Part shown: in pieces, positions 21,104 through 30,571 of the stretch | Layout: every line of letters begins with the position of its first letter | Position numbering within the stretch: the first letter of the stretch is position 1 | Source: an uncultured Acidobacteriota bacterium | Lineage (GTDB): Bacteria; Acidobacteriota; Vicinamibacteria; Fen-336 | DNA length: 64,000 nucleotides | Assembly: GCA_963720545.1 (NCBI GenBank) | Contig: OY970399.1 | Location: 1,184,001 to 1,248,000 of the forward strand | Direction: 5' to 3' | Notes under the pieces: generated by a model | What the model was told of the DNA's origin: nothing | Database searches by the model: none | Seen by the model: only the letters and a program-made list of their open reading frames with translations | Translations under genes and position numbers: made by a program

Positions 21104-21685
21104 ATGCGCCGCCTTCTGTGGTTCGCTCCCCTCGTGCTTCTGATCGGGTGCGAACTGAAAACGGTCACCGAAACGGTTCCCAGCGAGCCCACCTCCGTGG
21201 GTACGCTGCCGCCGACGCCGGTCCCGACCCCCACACCGGTGCCGACGCCGACACCCCAGGCGCCCGAGCCGAACCCGAACCCGAACCCGAACCCTGAGCC
21301 GTCGTCGCCGCCCAGCCAGCCGAGCGGGTCGTGCAAGCTCCCCGCGCGCAGCAACGACAGCCCCTGTCCGCGGCTCACCGGCGGCGAGTTCGTGGACAAC
21401 ATCGAGCGCGCGCTCGAGAACCTGACGGCGAAGCAGCCCGAGCTCTTCGACTTCAACGACATCACCTGCGGCAACTGCTGGCGGATCCGCAACCACGGCA
21501 AGTACGTGAACGCCATGCTGAACCAGATGGCGAACCAGGGCGTCTGCTCCCACTGGAACGGCGAAGAGATGCAGCTGAAGGTGACGAACGACTGGTCCGA
21601 GAACTACGACATCATGACGTTCGACGGCTATGTCCGTCGCGGCTCGGGCTCGTACCGCGCCACCTGCCGGCCGGCCTCCTTCTAA
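21104..21685 (+). CDS. Hypothetical lipoprotein with Pro/Thr linker and Cys-rich domain
   Basis: LLIGC lipobox, PTPVPT/PNPN linker, six further Cys; strong coding bias. Confidence 0.75.
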   Translation: MRRLLWFAPLVLLIGCELKTVTETVPSEPTSVGTLPPTPVPTPTPVPTPTPQAPEPNPNPNPNPEPSSPPSQPSGSCKLPARSNDSPCPRLTGGEFVDNIERALENLTAKQPELFDFNDITCGNCWRIRNHGKYVNAMLNQMANQGVCSHWNGEEMQLKVTNDWSENYDIMTFDGYVRRGSGSYRATCRPASF

Positions 21686-21756
21686 CCTCCCCCTTCCCTT
21701 CGCCGCGCCCGCGGCGCCCGACGCTCGTGGCAGAATCGTTGCCTTCGGAGGTCGCC

Positions 21757-22215
21757 ATGAAACGTTTCAATTCCTTCAGCGCCATCGCCGCCGCCGTACT
21801 GCTCGCACTCTTCTCCGCCGCCTGCGCCGGCACCAAGCCGCCCTCGCTGATGATCGAGGGTCTCAAGTTCAACAAGCTGGGGCTGGGCGGCGCCGGCCTG
21901 AACGTGGACTTCCGCGTGCGCAACACCAACGCGCAGGATCTCCAGATCGAGAAGTTCGAATATGAGTTCAAGGTAAACGGCCACCGCCTCGGCCGCGGCT
22001 ACTACCCCGACCTCGTCAGCCTGCCCGGCTTCGGCGAGCAGCGCATCGTCTCGAAGTTCGACGTCAACTTCCTGGCCCTTCCCGGTGCCGTCAAGAACGT
22101 GCTCGACAAGGACCGCGTGAAGGCCGAGGCCAAGGGTTCCTTCTATGTGCGCGAGGGCAACGGGCTGCGCAAGCTCAACTTCAAGAGCGACGGCGACGTC
22201 GACTTGAAGAAATAA
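21757..22215 (+). CDS. LEA type 2 (WHy domain) lipoprotein
   Basis: GGAGG then ATG 21757; SAAC lipobox; VDFRVRNTN...YEFKVNG. Confidence 0.78.
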   Translation: MKRFNSFSAIAAAVLLALFSAACAGTKPPSLMIEGLKFNKLGLGGAGLNVDFRVRNTNAQDLQIEKFEYEFKVNGHRLGRGYYPDLVSLPGFGEQRIVSKFDVNFLALPGAVKNVLDKDRVKAEAKGSFYVREGNGLRKLNFKSDGDVDLKK

Positions 22216-22224
22216 AACGCGGCG

Positions 22225-23679
22225 ATGACAGCGACTCAGGCTCGACGCGGCGCGTGGACGGTTGCGGCCGCGGCGGCCCTGGCTGCGGCCATCGCGTGCG
22301 CCACCAACCCGGCAACCGGCGAGAAACAGATCATGCTGGTCAGCGAGGGCCAGGAAATCGAGATGGGCCGCCAGGCCGACGCGGAAGCGACCGCCGCGTA
22401 CGGGCTCTACCCCGACCAGAACCTCCAGGCGTACGTGTCGCAGCTCGGCAAGCGGATGGCGGTGCAGAGCGAGCGGCCGAACCTGCCCTGGAGCTTCAAG
22501 GTGGTGGACGATCCGGCCGTCAACGCGTTCGCGCTGCCGGGCGGCTACATCTACGTCACTCGCGGCATCATGGCGCACCTGCGGAGCGAGGCCGAGCTGA
22601 TGGGCGTGGTGGGCCACGAGATCGGCCACGTGACCGCGCGGCATTCGGCGAGCGCCATCAGCCGGCAGCAGCTCGCGATGGGCGGGCTGGTGCTGGGCAT
22701 GATCGTGAAGCCGGAGCTGCAGCGCTTCGGCGGCCTGGCGCAGCAGGGCCTCGGCGTCCTGTTCCTCAAGTTCGGGCGCGACCAGGAAATCCAGGCCGAC
22801 GATCTCGGCCTGCGCTACATGACGCGCCAGGCGTACGACCCGAAGGAGATGGTCGAGGTCTTCAACGTGCTCGACCGCGTGAGCGGCCAGGCGAGCGACC
22901 GGCTCCCCGACTGGCTCTCGACCCACCCGAGTCCGGGGAACCGGGTGGACAACATATCGAAGGAGATCGCGCGCACCGGCGTCAAGGGCAATGTCGTGCG
23001 GCGCAACGAGTATGTTCGCTATCTCGACGGCATGGTGTTCGGCGACAACCCGCGCGACGGTTATTTCATGGACACCGCCTTCTACCACCCCGACCTGCAT
23101 TTCCAGCTGCGTTTTCCGCAAGGCTTCAAGGTGCAAAACGGACGCGACGCGGTGGTGGGCGTGAGCGCGCAGCAGGACGCCGTGGTGGCGCTCGGGCTCG
23201 CGCAGGGCACTTCCCCGGAACAGGCCGCGAAGGTTTTCTTCCAGCAGGAGGGGGTCGATGCGGGGCGCTCGGGACGCGACACGATCAACGGCCTGCCGGC
23301 CTACACCGCGTTCTTCACGGCCACGACCGACCAGGGATCGCTGCGCGGCCAGGCCACGTGGGTGACGTTCGAAGGCAAGCTGTTCCGGCTCATGGGCTAC
23401 TCGTCCGCCGAGCGTTTCGTGTCGTACCAAAACGCGGTCGACGGGACCCTGCGCAGCTTCGCGCGCCTCACCGACCCCCGCTACCTGAACGTCGAGCCGA
23501 AGCGGCTGGCGCTCGTCAACCTCGACCGGGGCCTGTCGGTCGGCGACTTCGCACGCACCTACCCGTCCACGGTGAAGCTCGAGACGCTCGGGCTGATCAA
23601 CGGCGTCGTCGGCAACGGCCTCATCGCGACCGGGCCGGCGAAGCGCGTGGTCGGCGGCCGGCTGCCCGGCGAACAATAA
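22225..23679 (+). CDS. M48 family metalloprotease lipoprotein
   Basis: ACATNPATG, NAFALPGG, HEIGH, QEIQAD, LSTHP. Confidence 0.92.
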   Translation: MTATQARRGAWTVAAAAALAAAIACATNPATGEKQIMLVSEGQEIEMGRQADAEATAAYGLYPDQNLQAYVSQLGKRMAVQSERPNLPWSFKVVDDPAVNAFALPGGYIYVTRGIMAHLRSEAELMGVVGHEIGHVTARHSASAISRQQLAMGGLVLGMIVKPELQRFGGLAQQGLGVLFLKFGRDQEIQADDLGLRYMTRQAYDPKEMVEVFNVLDRVSGQASDRLPDWLSTHPSPGNRVDNISKEIARTGVKGNVVRRNEYVRYLDGMVFGDNPRDGYFMDTAFYHPDLHFQLRFPQGFKVQNGRDAVVGVSAQQDAVVALGLAQGTSPEQAAKVFFQQEGVDAGRSGRDTINGLPAYTAFFTATTDQGSLRGQATWVTFEGKLFRLMGYSSAERFVSYQNAVDGTLRSFARLTDPRYLNVEPKRLALVNLDRGLSVGDFARTYPSTVKLETLGLINGVVGNGLIATGPAKRVVGGRLPGEQ

Positions 23680-23740
23680 GTACAGTCCCCGACAACCTTC
23701 GCGGCGGCGCCGGCGTCCCACCTCCAACAGTGGAGGCAAA

Positions 23741-26200
23741 GTGTCCCTGATCGACGACCTGCGCACCGACGTCGTGCGGTCTGCCCGCAACCTGCTGCGC
23801 AGCCCCGGGTTCGCGGCCACCGCGGTGGTCACACTGGCGCTCGGCATCGGCGCCAACAGCGCGATGTTCAGCGTCCTGAAAGCGGTGGTGCTGCGGCCGC
23901 TCCCCTATCAGGACGCGTCGACGCGCGTGATGATCTGGAACCGCTGGGTCGGCTTCGACAAGACGTGGGTGTCCGACCTCGAGACCGCCGACTACAAGCG
24001 CCTGTGCCCGAGCATCGCGGACGTCGCCGCGTGGTCGAGCGATCAGGCAAACCTCACCGGCGACGGCGACCCGGTGCGCGTCGGCGTCGCTTCGATCACG
24101 CCGAACACGTTCTCGGTTCTTGGCGCCGAGCCGCTCCTCGGCCGGGCGTTCATGCCGGGCGACGAGCGGCGCACGAACGAACTGGCGGTGCTCGGGTTCG
24201 GGTTGTGGCAGAGCCGCTTCGGCGGTGATGCCTCGATCGTCGGCCGCAGCCTGCTGGTCGATGGCCGTGCGCGCACCATCATCGGCGTCATGGGCCCCGA
24301 TTTCCGCCTGCCCACCGACTACGGCGTGGACGCCACCGAGCCGACGTCGCTGTGGACACCGTACCAGCTCGACCTGAGCGCGATGGACCGCGGCAACCAT
24401 GGGCTCTACGCCGCGGCGCGGCTTGCGCCCGGCGCGACTGTCGAGCGCGCGAACGCCGAGCTTGCCGCTGCCACCGCCAACCTCACGGCTGCCGGCTTGT
24501 ATCCCGCGGCGATGAAGTTCACCGCCGTCGCGGTGCCGCTGCGGGAACAGGTCCTGGGCGACGTGGAGCGGCCGATGGCGCTGTTGTTCGGCGCGGTGAC
24601 ACTGTTGCTGCTGATCGCCTCGGCCAACGTCGCGAGCCTGCTGCTGGCCCGCGCCGAAGTGCGCGAGCGCGAGACAGCGCTGCGCGTCGCACTCGGCGCG
24701 GGCATGGGCAGGCTGCTGCGCCAGCTGGTCGCCGAGGGCCTGGTGCTGGCGCTGCCGAGCGCGCTGGCGGCGCTGGCGGTCGCCTGGGGCGGCCTGCGGT
24801 TCCTGCAGGCGCTCTCGATCGAAGGCATCCCGCGCGTGGGTGAAGCGCGCATCGACGCGGCAGTCCTCGGCTTCACGCTGGTGGCTTCGGTGGTGGCGCT
24901 CGTGCTCTTCAGCCTCGGCCCGGCGCTGCGCGCGCGGCGGATCAACCTCGTCGAGTCGCTGCGCGAGGCCGGCACGCAGGCAACCGTCGGCGGGCGCGGC
25001 ATGCGCCTGCGCAGCCTCATCGTGGTCTTCGAAGTGGCCCTTTCGGTGATGCTGCTGGTGGGCGCGTCGCTCCTGATCCGCAGCCTGCGCGTGCTGCAGC
25101 AGGTGGACGTCGGCTTCGAGCCGCACGCGGTCCTCACCGCGCGCCTGTCGCTGCCCGAAGTCGGTTACGAGCAGCCGGAGAAGATCGTCGCCTTCTACGA
25201 ACGGCTCGTCGCCGGCGTGCGCGAGTTGCCCGGTGTGTCGCAAGCCGGCCTCGTGCGCCTGCTGCCGCTCGGCGCGCCGATCGGCGACTGGGGTGTGGAC
25301 GTCGAAGGCTATGTGGAGACGCCTGGCAGCAACGCGAAGGGCGACTGGCAGGTGGCGACCGACGGCGCCATCGAGGCGCTCGGGGAGCGCGTGGTGCGCG
25401 GCCGGACGTTCGCCCGCACCGACACCAGCGCTTCGCAGATGGTGGCGCTCGTGAACGAAACCATGGCGCGCGCCTACTGGCCTGGGCGCGACGCCATCGG
25501 TGGGCGGTTTCGGATGGGATCGAACCAGGAGCGCGGGTGGTTCACGGTGGTCGGCGTGCTGAAGGACATTCGCCACAACGGCGTGACCGAGCCGATCAAG
25601 ACCAGCTTCGTCGTGCCGCATTCGCAGTTTCACAAGGAAGTCGGCTTCGCGCCGCGGACGATGCAACTGGTGGTCAAGGCGGCTGACGGGAGCGATCCCA
25701 TGGCGCTGGTCGCGCCGGTGCGCGGGGTCGTGCGCGCGCTCGATGCGTCGGTGCCGGTTGCGGCGGTACGGTCGATGGACGACGTGGTGGCTGCCGCCTT
25801 GTCCACTGCGCGGCTCGCCGGCTTCATGCTGGCGTTGTTTGCCGCACTGGCACTGGTGCTGTCGGTCGTCGGCATTTACGGGCTGCTTGCGTACCTGGTG
25901 AACGAGCGCCGGCACGAGATCGGGATTCGCCTGGCCGTCGGCGCAGGTGGGGCCGACGTGTTGCGCCTGGTGCTCGCGTCGGGGCTCAAGCTCACGCTGG
26001 TTGGTATTGCCTTCGGTGCCGTGGGCGCGTTTGCCATGGCGCGGTTGCTGGGCAGCCTGCTGCACGAGATCGCGCCGCACGACCCGTTCACGTTCAGTGC
26101 GGCGCCCCTCCTGTTCCTGACGGCGGCGGCGATGGCGTGCTGGCTCCCCGCCTGGCGCGCGTCGCGCACCGACCCGGTCGCGGCTTTGCGAACGGATTAG
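23741..26200 (+). CDS. ABC permease, ADOP family
   Basis: TLALGIGANSAMFS, ASANVASLLLARA, EIGIRLAVGA, DPVAALR; no prefix domain. Confidence 0.92.
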   Translation: MSLIDDLRTDVVRSARNLLRSPGFAATAVVTLALGIGANSAMFSVLKAVVLRPLPYQDASTRVMIWNRWVGFDKTWVSDLETADYKRLCPSIADVAAWSSDQANLTGDGDPVRVGVASITPNTFSVLGAEPLLGRAFMPGDERRTNELAVLGFGLWQSRFGGDASIVGRSLLVDGRARTIIGVMGPDFRLPTDYGVDATEPTSLWTPYQLDLSAMDRGNHGLYAAARLAPGATVERANAELAAATANLTAAGLYPAAMKFTAVAVPLREQVLGDVERPMALLFGAVTLLLLIASANVASLLLARAEVRERETALRVALGAGMGRLLRQLVAEGLVLALPSALAALAVAWGGLRFLQALSIEGIPRVGEARIDAAVLGFTLVASVVALVLFSLGPALRARRINLVESLREAGTQATVGGRGMRLRSLIVVFEVALSVMLLVGASLLIRSLRVLQQVDVGFEPHAVLTARLSLPEVGYEQPEKIVAFYERLVAGVRELPGVSQAGLVRLLPLGAPIGDWGVDVEGYVETPGSNAKGDWQVATDGAIEALGERVVRGRTFARTDTSASQMVALVNETMARAYWPGRDAIGGRFRMGSNQERGWFTVVGVLKDIRHNGVTEPIKTSFVVPHSQFHKEVGFAPRTMQLVVKAADGSDPMALVAPVRGVVRALDASVPVAAVRSMDDVVAAALSTARLAGFMLALFAALALVLSVVGIYGLLAYLVNERRHEIGIRLAVGAGGADVLRLVLASGLKLTLVGIAFGAVGAFAMARLLGSLLHEIAPHDPFTFSAAPLLFLTAAAMACWLPAWRASRTDPVAALRTD

Positions 26201-26202
26201 TC

Positions 26203-26289
26203 CTCTGAGGGCGGTAGTCCGTCAGCTTCCGCCCGAAGAGGTTGTCCGTTTCTCTGAGGGCGGCTGTCCGTTAGCTTTCGCCCGAAGAG
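26203..26289. repeat. Two 38-bp direct repeats, each a hairpin (26203-26240, 26252-26289)
   Basis: CTCTGAGGGCGG...CGCCCGAAGAG, 34/38 identical by manual alignment, 11-bp spacer. Confidence 0.85.
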
Positions 26290-26298
26290 CCTCAGAGC

Positions 26299-26340
26299 CC
26301 GTTGTTTCGTTGCCGTTGTTTCGTTGCCGTTGTTCCGTTG
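26299..26340. repeat. 14-bp tandem repeat x3
   Basis: CCGTTGTTTCGTTG CCGTTGTTTCGTTG CCGTTGTTCCGTTG. Confidence 0.9.
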
Positions 26341-26374
26341 TCCGCAGCCGAAGAGTCTCCCCGCTCGCTATCGT

Positions 26375-26398
26375 TTCACTGTGTCCGGACACAGTGAA
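26375..26398. repeat. Perfect 24-bp palindrome (GTCCGGAC family)
   Basis: TTCACTGTGTCCGGACACAGTGAA equals its own reverse complement. Confidence 0.92.
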
Positions 26399-26479
26399 CG
26401 TCTCGCCGGGTCCTTTCTGTTCGAACTCGCCCGCTCACCCGGACCCATTGCGACCTGCCCCGCCCCTAACCTTCGGTGC

Positions 26480-27853
26480 ATGGAACAAGCGCGCCTCGTG
26501 CACTCGCTCACCGACGACGAACTGCTGCGCCGCGTCATCGTCCTCACCGCCGAGTCGCGCAGCGGCGAGTCCGAACTCGTGGCCCATCTCGCGGAAGTCG
26601 ACGCCCGCAAGCTGTTCGCGCGCGAGTCGTGCGCCACCATGTTCGGCTACTGCACAACAGTCCTGCACTTGTCCGAGTCCGAGGCATTCCTTCGTATCCG
26701 TGCGGCGCGCGCCTCGCGCCGCTTTCCGCTCATCCTCACCATGCTCGGCGATGGCCGGCTGCACCTCAGCGGCATCGCCATCCTCGTTCCGCACCTCACC
26801 ATCGACAACGCGGCGGCGGTTCTCACGCGCGCAACACACAAGACGAAGCGCCAGGTGGCAGAGTTGATCGCTGCGCTCGCGCCCCAACCCGACGTGCCGC
26901 CAGTCATCCGCAAGCTGCCCACAACCTTTGGCGATGCGGCCGATCGCGCAGTCACAACGACAACTAGAGTTTCGAATGGCGTTGAAATCGGCACCTCGAG
27001 TGGAGTTGAAGTTGGAGTTGACGCCGCGAGTGGAGTTGGCGTTGGCGCCGACTACGCACTACGTCCGGACACAGTGACGCCTTTGCCGCCGCCCTTATCG
27101 TTCGACTCCACGGCAGCACCGACCGCGCGCGTGAATCCTCGCGCTTCGAATTCGGCGCCGGTCGTCCAGCCGTTGTCGCCGAATCGCTACAAAGTCCAGT
27201 TCACGGCGAATGCGTCGCTCAAGGCGAAGCTCGAACGCCTGCAGGCGCTGATGCCGGGGCGCGACCTCGCGGATGCGCTCGAGGTGGCGGTGACCGAGAA
27301 GCTGGAGCGCATCGAGGCCAAGAGGTTCGGCAAGACAAAAGCCCCGCGAACCGTGCCGCGGTCCATCGCAAAGGCCAGTGCGGCGGCCGCGCCGACGCCG
27401 GGACGAATGGGCAGGTCGAGGAACAGCATGGTGTCCGGGCAGACGACCATCGCATCAGCTCCGGCGACGACCGGGGCGTGGCCTGAGACGATGACTGGCT
27501 CGTCGTCTGAAACCTCTGTTGGCGCGCCCCGTGATGCGATTCATCCGCTGGCGGTTGCGCAGCCGGTGACTGTTGCCGGTTCGCGATACATACCTGCTTC
27601 GGTGCGCCGGGCGGTCTGCGAGCGCGACGGCGACCGTTGCCGATTCGTCAACAGGAACGGGCAGCGGTGCGCGGAGCGCAACAACCTCGAGTTCCATCAT
27701 CGCCATCCGTACGCACATGGCGGCGGCAACGACGCGGGCAACATCCGCCTGATGTGCCGCACCCACAACGCCTACCTGGCGGAAGCCGACTACGGCCGCC
27801 AAGCGATGGCGAAGTTCCGACGGTCGGAGAAGCAGATCGGGGGTGTCACATGA
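26480..27853 (+). CDS. HNH endonuclease with DUF222-like N-terminal domain
   Basis: Start re-called at ATG 26480; helical N-domain (LTDDELL...LVAHLAEVDARKLF...LHLSESEAFLRI), low-complexity linker, C-terminal RYIPASVRRAVCERDGDRC...C...LEFHH...GG.N...NIRLMCRTHN. Confidence 0.85.
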   Translation: MEQARLVHSLTDDELLRRVIVLTAESRSGESELVAHLAEVDARKLFARESCATMFGYCTTVLHLSESEAFLRIRAARASRRFPLILTMLGDGRLHLSGIAILVPHLTIDNAAAVLTRATHKTKRQVAELIAALAPQPDVPPVIRKLPTTFGDAADRAVTTTTRVSNGVEIGTSSGVEVGVDAASGVGVGADYALRPDTVTPLPPPLSFDSTAAPTARVNPRASNSAPVVQPLSPNRYKVQFTANASLKAKLERLQALMPGRDLADALEVAVTEKLERIEAKRFGKTKAPRTVPRSIAKASAAAAPTPGRMGRSRNSMVSGQTTIASAPATTGAWPETMTGSSSETSVGAPRDAIHPLAVAQPVTVAGSRYIPASVRRAVCERDGDRCRFVNRNGQRCAERNNLEFHHRHPYAHGGGNDAGNIRLMCRTHNAYLAEADYGRQAMAKFRRSEKQIGGVT

Positions 27854-27857
27854 CGTT

Positions 27858-27893
27858 AGTGTGACGTCCCAACCGAGTGTGACGTCCCAACCG
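27858..27893. repeat. 18-bp perfect tandem duplication
   Basis: AGTGTGACGTCCCAACCG x2 just after the HNH stop, followed by a degenerate GTCCGGAC palindrome. Confidence 0.9.
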
Positions 27894-28152
27894 CTACTGT
27901 CCGGACGCAATGGCGAACCCCGGCAAGGATGCCGAAAGGCTGCCGGTTGAACGTCGCGGTGGAAAGGGTTCCGGCGAGTGGATCGGAATCCCAGTCGGGC
28001 TGCGGAGATGGACACCGCCGGCAGACGGCCTCGGAGCGTTCAGCAGGAGTGCCAGGAACGCTGCGCGGCATGCGGGAATGGGCCGAACGCTGCGCAGGGT
28101 AGACGTACGGGGACTTCCCGGCTGAAAAATCGCGGTAAAGTTGGGCCCTGCC

Positions 28153-28854
28153 ATGAGCCTCCTCGATCTCCTGAAGGGCAAGTGGGTCGACCCGACCTAC
28201 GCCAGCGTTCACGAAGGCGGCAACATCATCACCACGCGGCTCGATGCCGTCGTGAAGTGGGGGCGCAAGTCGTCTTTGTGGCCGATGCCTTTCGGCACGG
28301 CGTGCTGCGCCATCGAGTTCATGGCGTTCACCGCGTCGCACTATGACGTCGCGCGTTTCGGGGCCGAGGTGCTGCGGTTTTCGCCGCGCCAGGCCGACCT
28401 GATGTTCGTCGCCGGCACCATCCCCGACAAGCTGGCGCCAATCCTCAAGACCATCTACGACCAGATGCCCGAGCCGAAATGGGTCATCTCGATGGGAGTT
28501 TGCGCGTCATCGGGCGGGTTCTACCGCTCGTACCACGTGATGCAGGGCATCGACGAGATCATTCCGGTGGACGTCTACGTTCCCGGTTGTCCGCCGTCGC
28601 CCGAAGGGCTGATCGCGGCGATCATGAAGATCCAGGAAAAGATCAAGGCCGGCGACCAGGCGAAAGCACCCCAGGGAGTCAACCGCCTCGGCGTTCCCGG
28701 CGACGGCGCCATCGACCGTCGTCAGCGGCGCCAGGCGTGGGCGGCTGACGACGCGGCTCGCGCCGGCCACGGACTGCAGCCGCGCGGCCTCCTCCAGATC
28801 GCAGTCCCGGCCCGCAGCGCCGCCAGCAAGCCGTCCGATCCCCACCATGGCTAG
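28153..28854 (+). CDS. nuoB: NADH-quinone oxidoreductase subunit B
   Basis: [37 protein letters not shown]. Confidence 0.95.
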   Translation: MSLLDLLKGKWVDPTYASVHEGGNIITTRLDAVVKWGRKSSLWPMPFGTACCAIEFMAFTASHYDVARFGAEVLRFSPRQADLMFVAGTIPDKLAPILKTIYDQMPEPKWVISMGVCASSGGFYRSYHVMQGIDEIIPVDVYVPGCPPSPEGLIAAIMKIQEKIKAGDQAKAPQGVNRLGVPGDGAIDRRQRRQAWAADDAARAGHGLQPRGLLQIAVPARSAASKPSDPHHG

Positions 28855-30556
28855 TCCGGCGATCGACAGCCCGGCCGTGGGCGCCGACAAACCGGCCGTC
28901 CAGGCGCTGCGCCGTGCGCTCGGCGACGCGGTGCTCGCGGTCAGCGACTGGCGCGGCGACCTGGCGATCACCGTGACCCGCAAGTCGTGGGCGGTGGCGG
29001 CGCGCACCCTGCGCGACGACCCGGCGCTCGACTACAAGCTGTTCCTCGACCTCTGCGCCGTCGACTACCTCGACCGCGACCAGTGGAGCGAGCGCTACGA
29101 AGTGGTGCTGCACGTCTACTCCGTCTCGCACAAGCACCACATCCGCCTCAAGGTGGCGGTGCCCGAGAACGACCCCATCGTCGATTCGCTGATCCCGGTC
29201 TACAAGGGCGCCAACTGGTTCGAGCGCGAGGCCTGGGACCTCTACGGCATCGTCTTCAAGGACCACCCGAACCTCAGCCGCCTGCTCACCCACGACGACT
29301 TCGTCGGCCACCCGATGCGCAAGGACTACCCCACCGCGCAGCGCCACGTGCTGAAGACGCCGAAGGCGATGCTGCTCGACGTGCCCAAGGGCAGCGAGCA
29401 CCTGCTCGTGAACATCGGCCCGTCGCATCCGGCCATGCACGGCACCTTCCGCGTGCAGGCGCTGATGGACGGCGAGACGATCGCCAGGGGCGAAGCCGAA
29501 ATCGGCTACATGCACCGCAACTTCGAGAAGATGGCGGAGTCGCGCACCTACTGGCAGATCATCCCGTACACCGACCGCCTCAACTACTGCTCGGCGTTCA
29601 TGAACGGCCACGGCTGGGCGCTCGCGGTCGAGAAGCTGCTGGGCATCGCGGCGCCGCCGCGCGCCGAGGCCATCCGCGTCATCCTTTCCGAATTCTCGCG
29701 GATCATGGACCACTTCATCGCGATCACCACCAACGTGGTCGATCTCGGCGCCATCACGCCGTTCTTCGTGGTGTTCCGCGCCCGCGAAGACATCTACGAC
29801 CTCATCGAGGCCTGCTGCGGTGCGCGCCTGACCGTGAGTTATGTGCGCATCGGCGGGCTCGCGGCCGACGTGCCGTCAGACTTCGACGCGCGCGCCCGCC
29901 GGGCGCTCGACTCGGTGCGCGACGTGACCAGCCAGATGGAGAAGCTCCTCACCCGCAACATCATCTTCGCCAACCGCTTCCGCGACATCGGCGTGATGTC
30001 CAGGGAAGACGCGCTGAGCTGGGGCTGGGTGGGCCCGTGCCTGCGCGGTTCGGGCGTCGCCTACGACGTGCGCAAGGACCACCCTTATTCGGGCTACGAA
30101 CAATACGACTTCGACATCCCGGTGGGCACCGTCGGCGACTGCTACGACCGCTACCTGGTGCGCGTCGCCGAGATCTGGCAGAGCGTGCGCATCATCGAGC
30201 AGGCGATGGCGAAGATGCCGCACGGCCCGATCATCGTCGACGACAAGAAGGTCGCGCTGCCGCCGAAGTCGGAAGTGTTCGGCAACATCGAAGCGCTGAT
30301 GAACCACTTCAAGCTCGTCTACGACGGGATCCTGCCGCCGCCGGGCGAGGTCTACGGCTATACCGAGGGCGCCAACGGCGAGGTCGGCTTCTACATCGTG
30401 AGCGACGGCTCGAAGCATCCGTGGCGCGTCAAGGTGCGGCCGCCGTGCTTCAACATCTACCAGGCCTATCCCGAGATGATCGCGGGCGGGCTGCTCGCCG
30501 ACGCGGTCGCCATCATCGGCGGCCTCAACGTGGTCGCCGGCGAACTCGACCGATAG
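28847..30556 (+). CDS. nuoCD: NADH-quinone oxidoreductase fused subunit C/D
   Basis: NuoC part ([21 protein letters not shown]) fused to NuoD part ([21 protein letters not shown]). Confidence 0.95.
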   Translation: MASPAIDSPAVGADKPAVQALRRALGDAVLAVSDWRGDLAITVTRKSWAVAARTLRDDPALDYKLFLDLCAVDYLDRDQWSERYEVVLHVYSVSHKHHIRLKVAVPENDPIVDSLIPVYKGANWFEREAWDLYGIVFKDHPNLSRLLTHDDFVGHPMRKDYPTAQRHVLKTPKAMLLDVPKGSEHLLVNIGPSHPAMHGTFRVQALMDGETIARGEAEIGYMHRNFEKMAESRTYWQIIPYTDRLNYCSAFMNGHGWALAVEKLLGIAAPPRAEAIRVILSEFSRIMDHFIAITTNVVDLGAITPFFVVFRAREDIYDLIEACCGARLTVSYVRIGGLAADVPSDFDARARRALDSVRDVTSQMEKLLTRNIIFANRFRDIGVMSREDALSWGWVGPCLRGSGVAYDVRKDHPYSGYEQYDFDIPVGTVGDCYDRYLVRVAEIWQSVRIIEQAMAKMPHGPIIVDDKKVALPPKSEVFGNIEALMNHFKLVYDGILPPPGEVYGYTEGANGEVGFYIVSDGSKHPWRVKVRPPCFNIYQAYPEMIAGGLLADAVAIIGGLNVVAGELDR

Positions 30557-30571
30557 GAACCAAGCAGCATC

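Noticed and set aside
26203..26340. Possible CRISPR or guide array upstream of the HNH gene
   Set aside because: Only two 38-bp repeats with an 11-bp spacer, no cas genes, and the repeats match the dispersed hairpin family.
26480..27853. IscB/Cas9-like or group II intron protein
   Set aside because: No PLMP, RuvC or reverse transcriptase motifs; the HNH is C-terminal after a DUF222-like domain.
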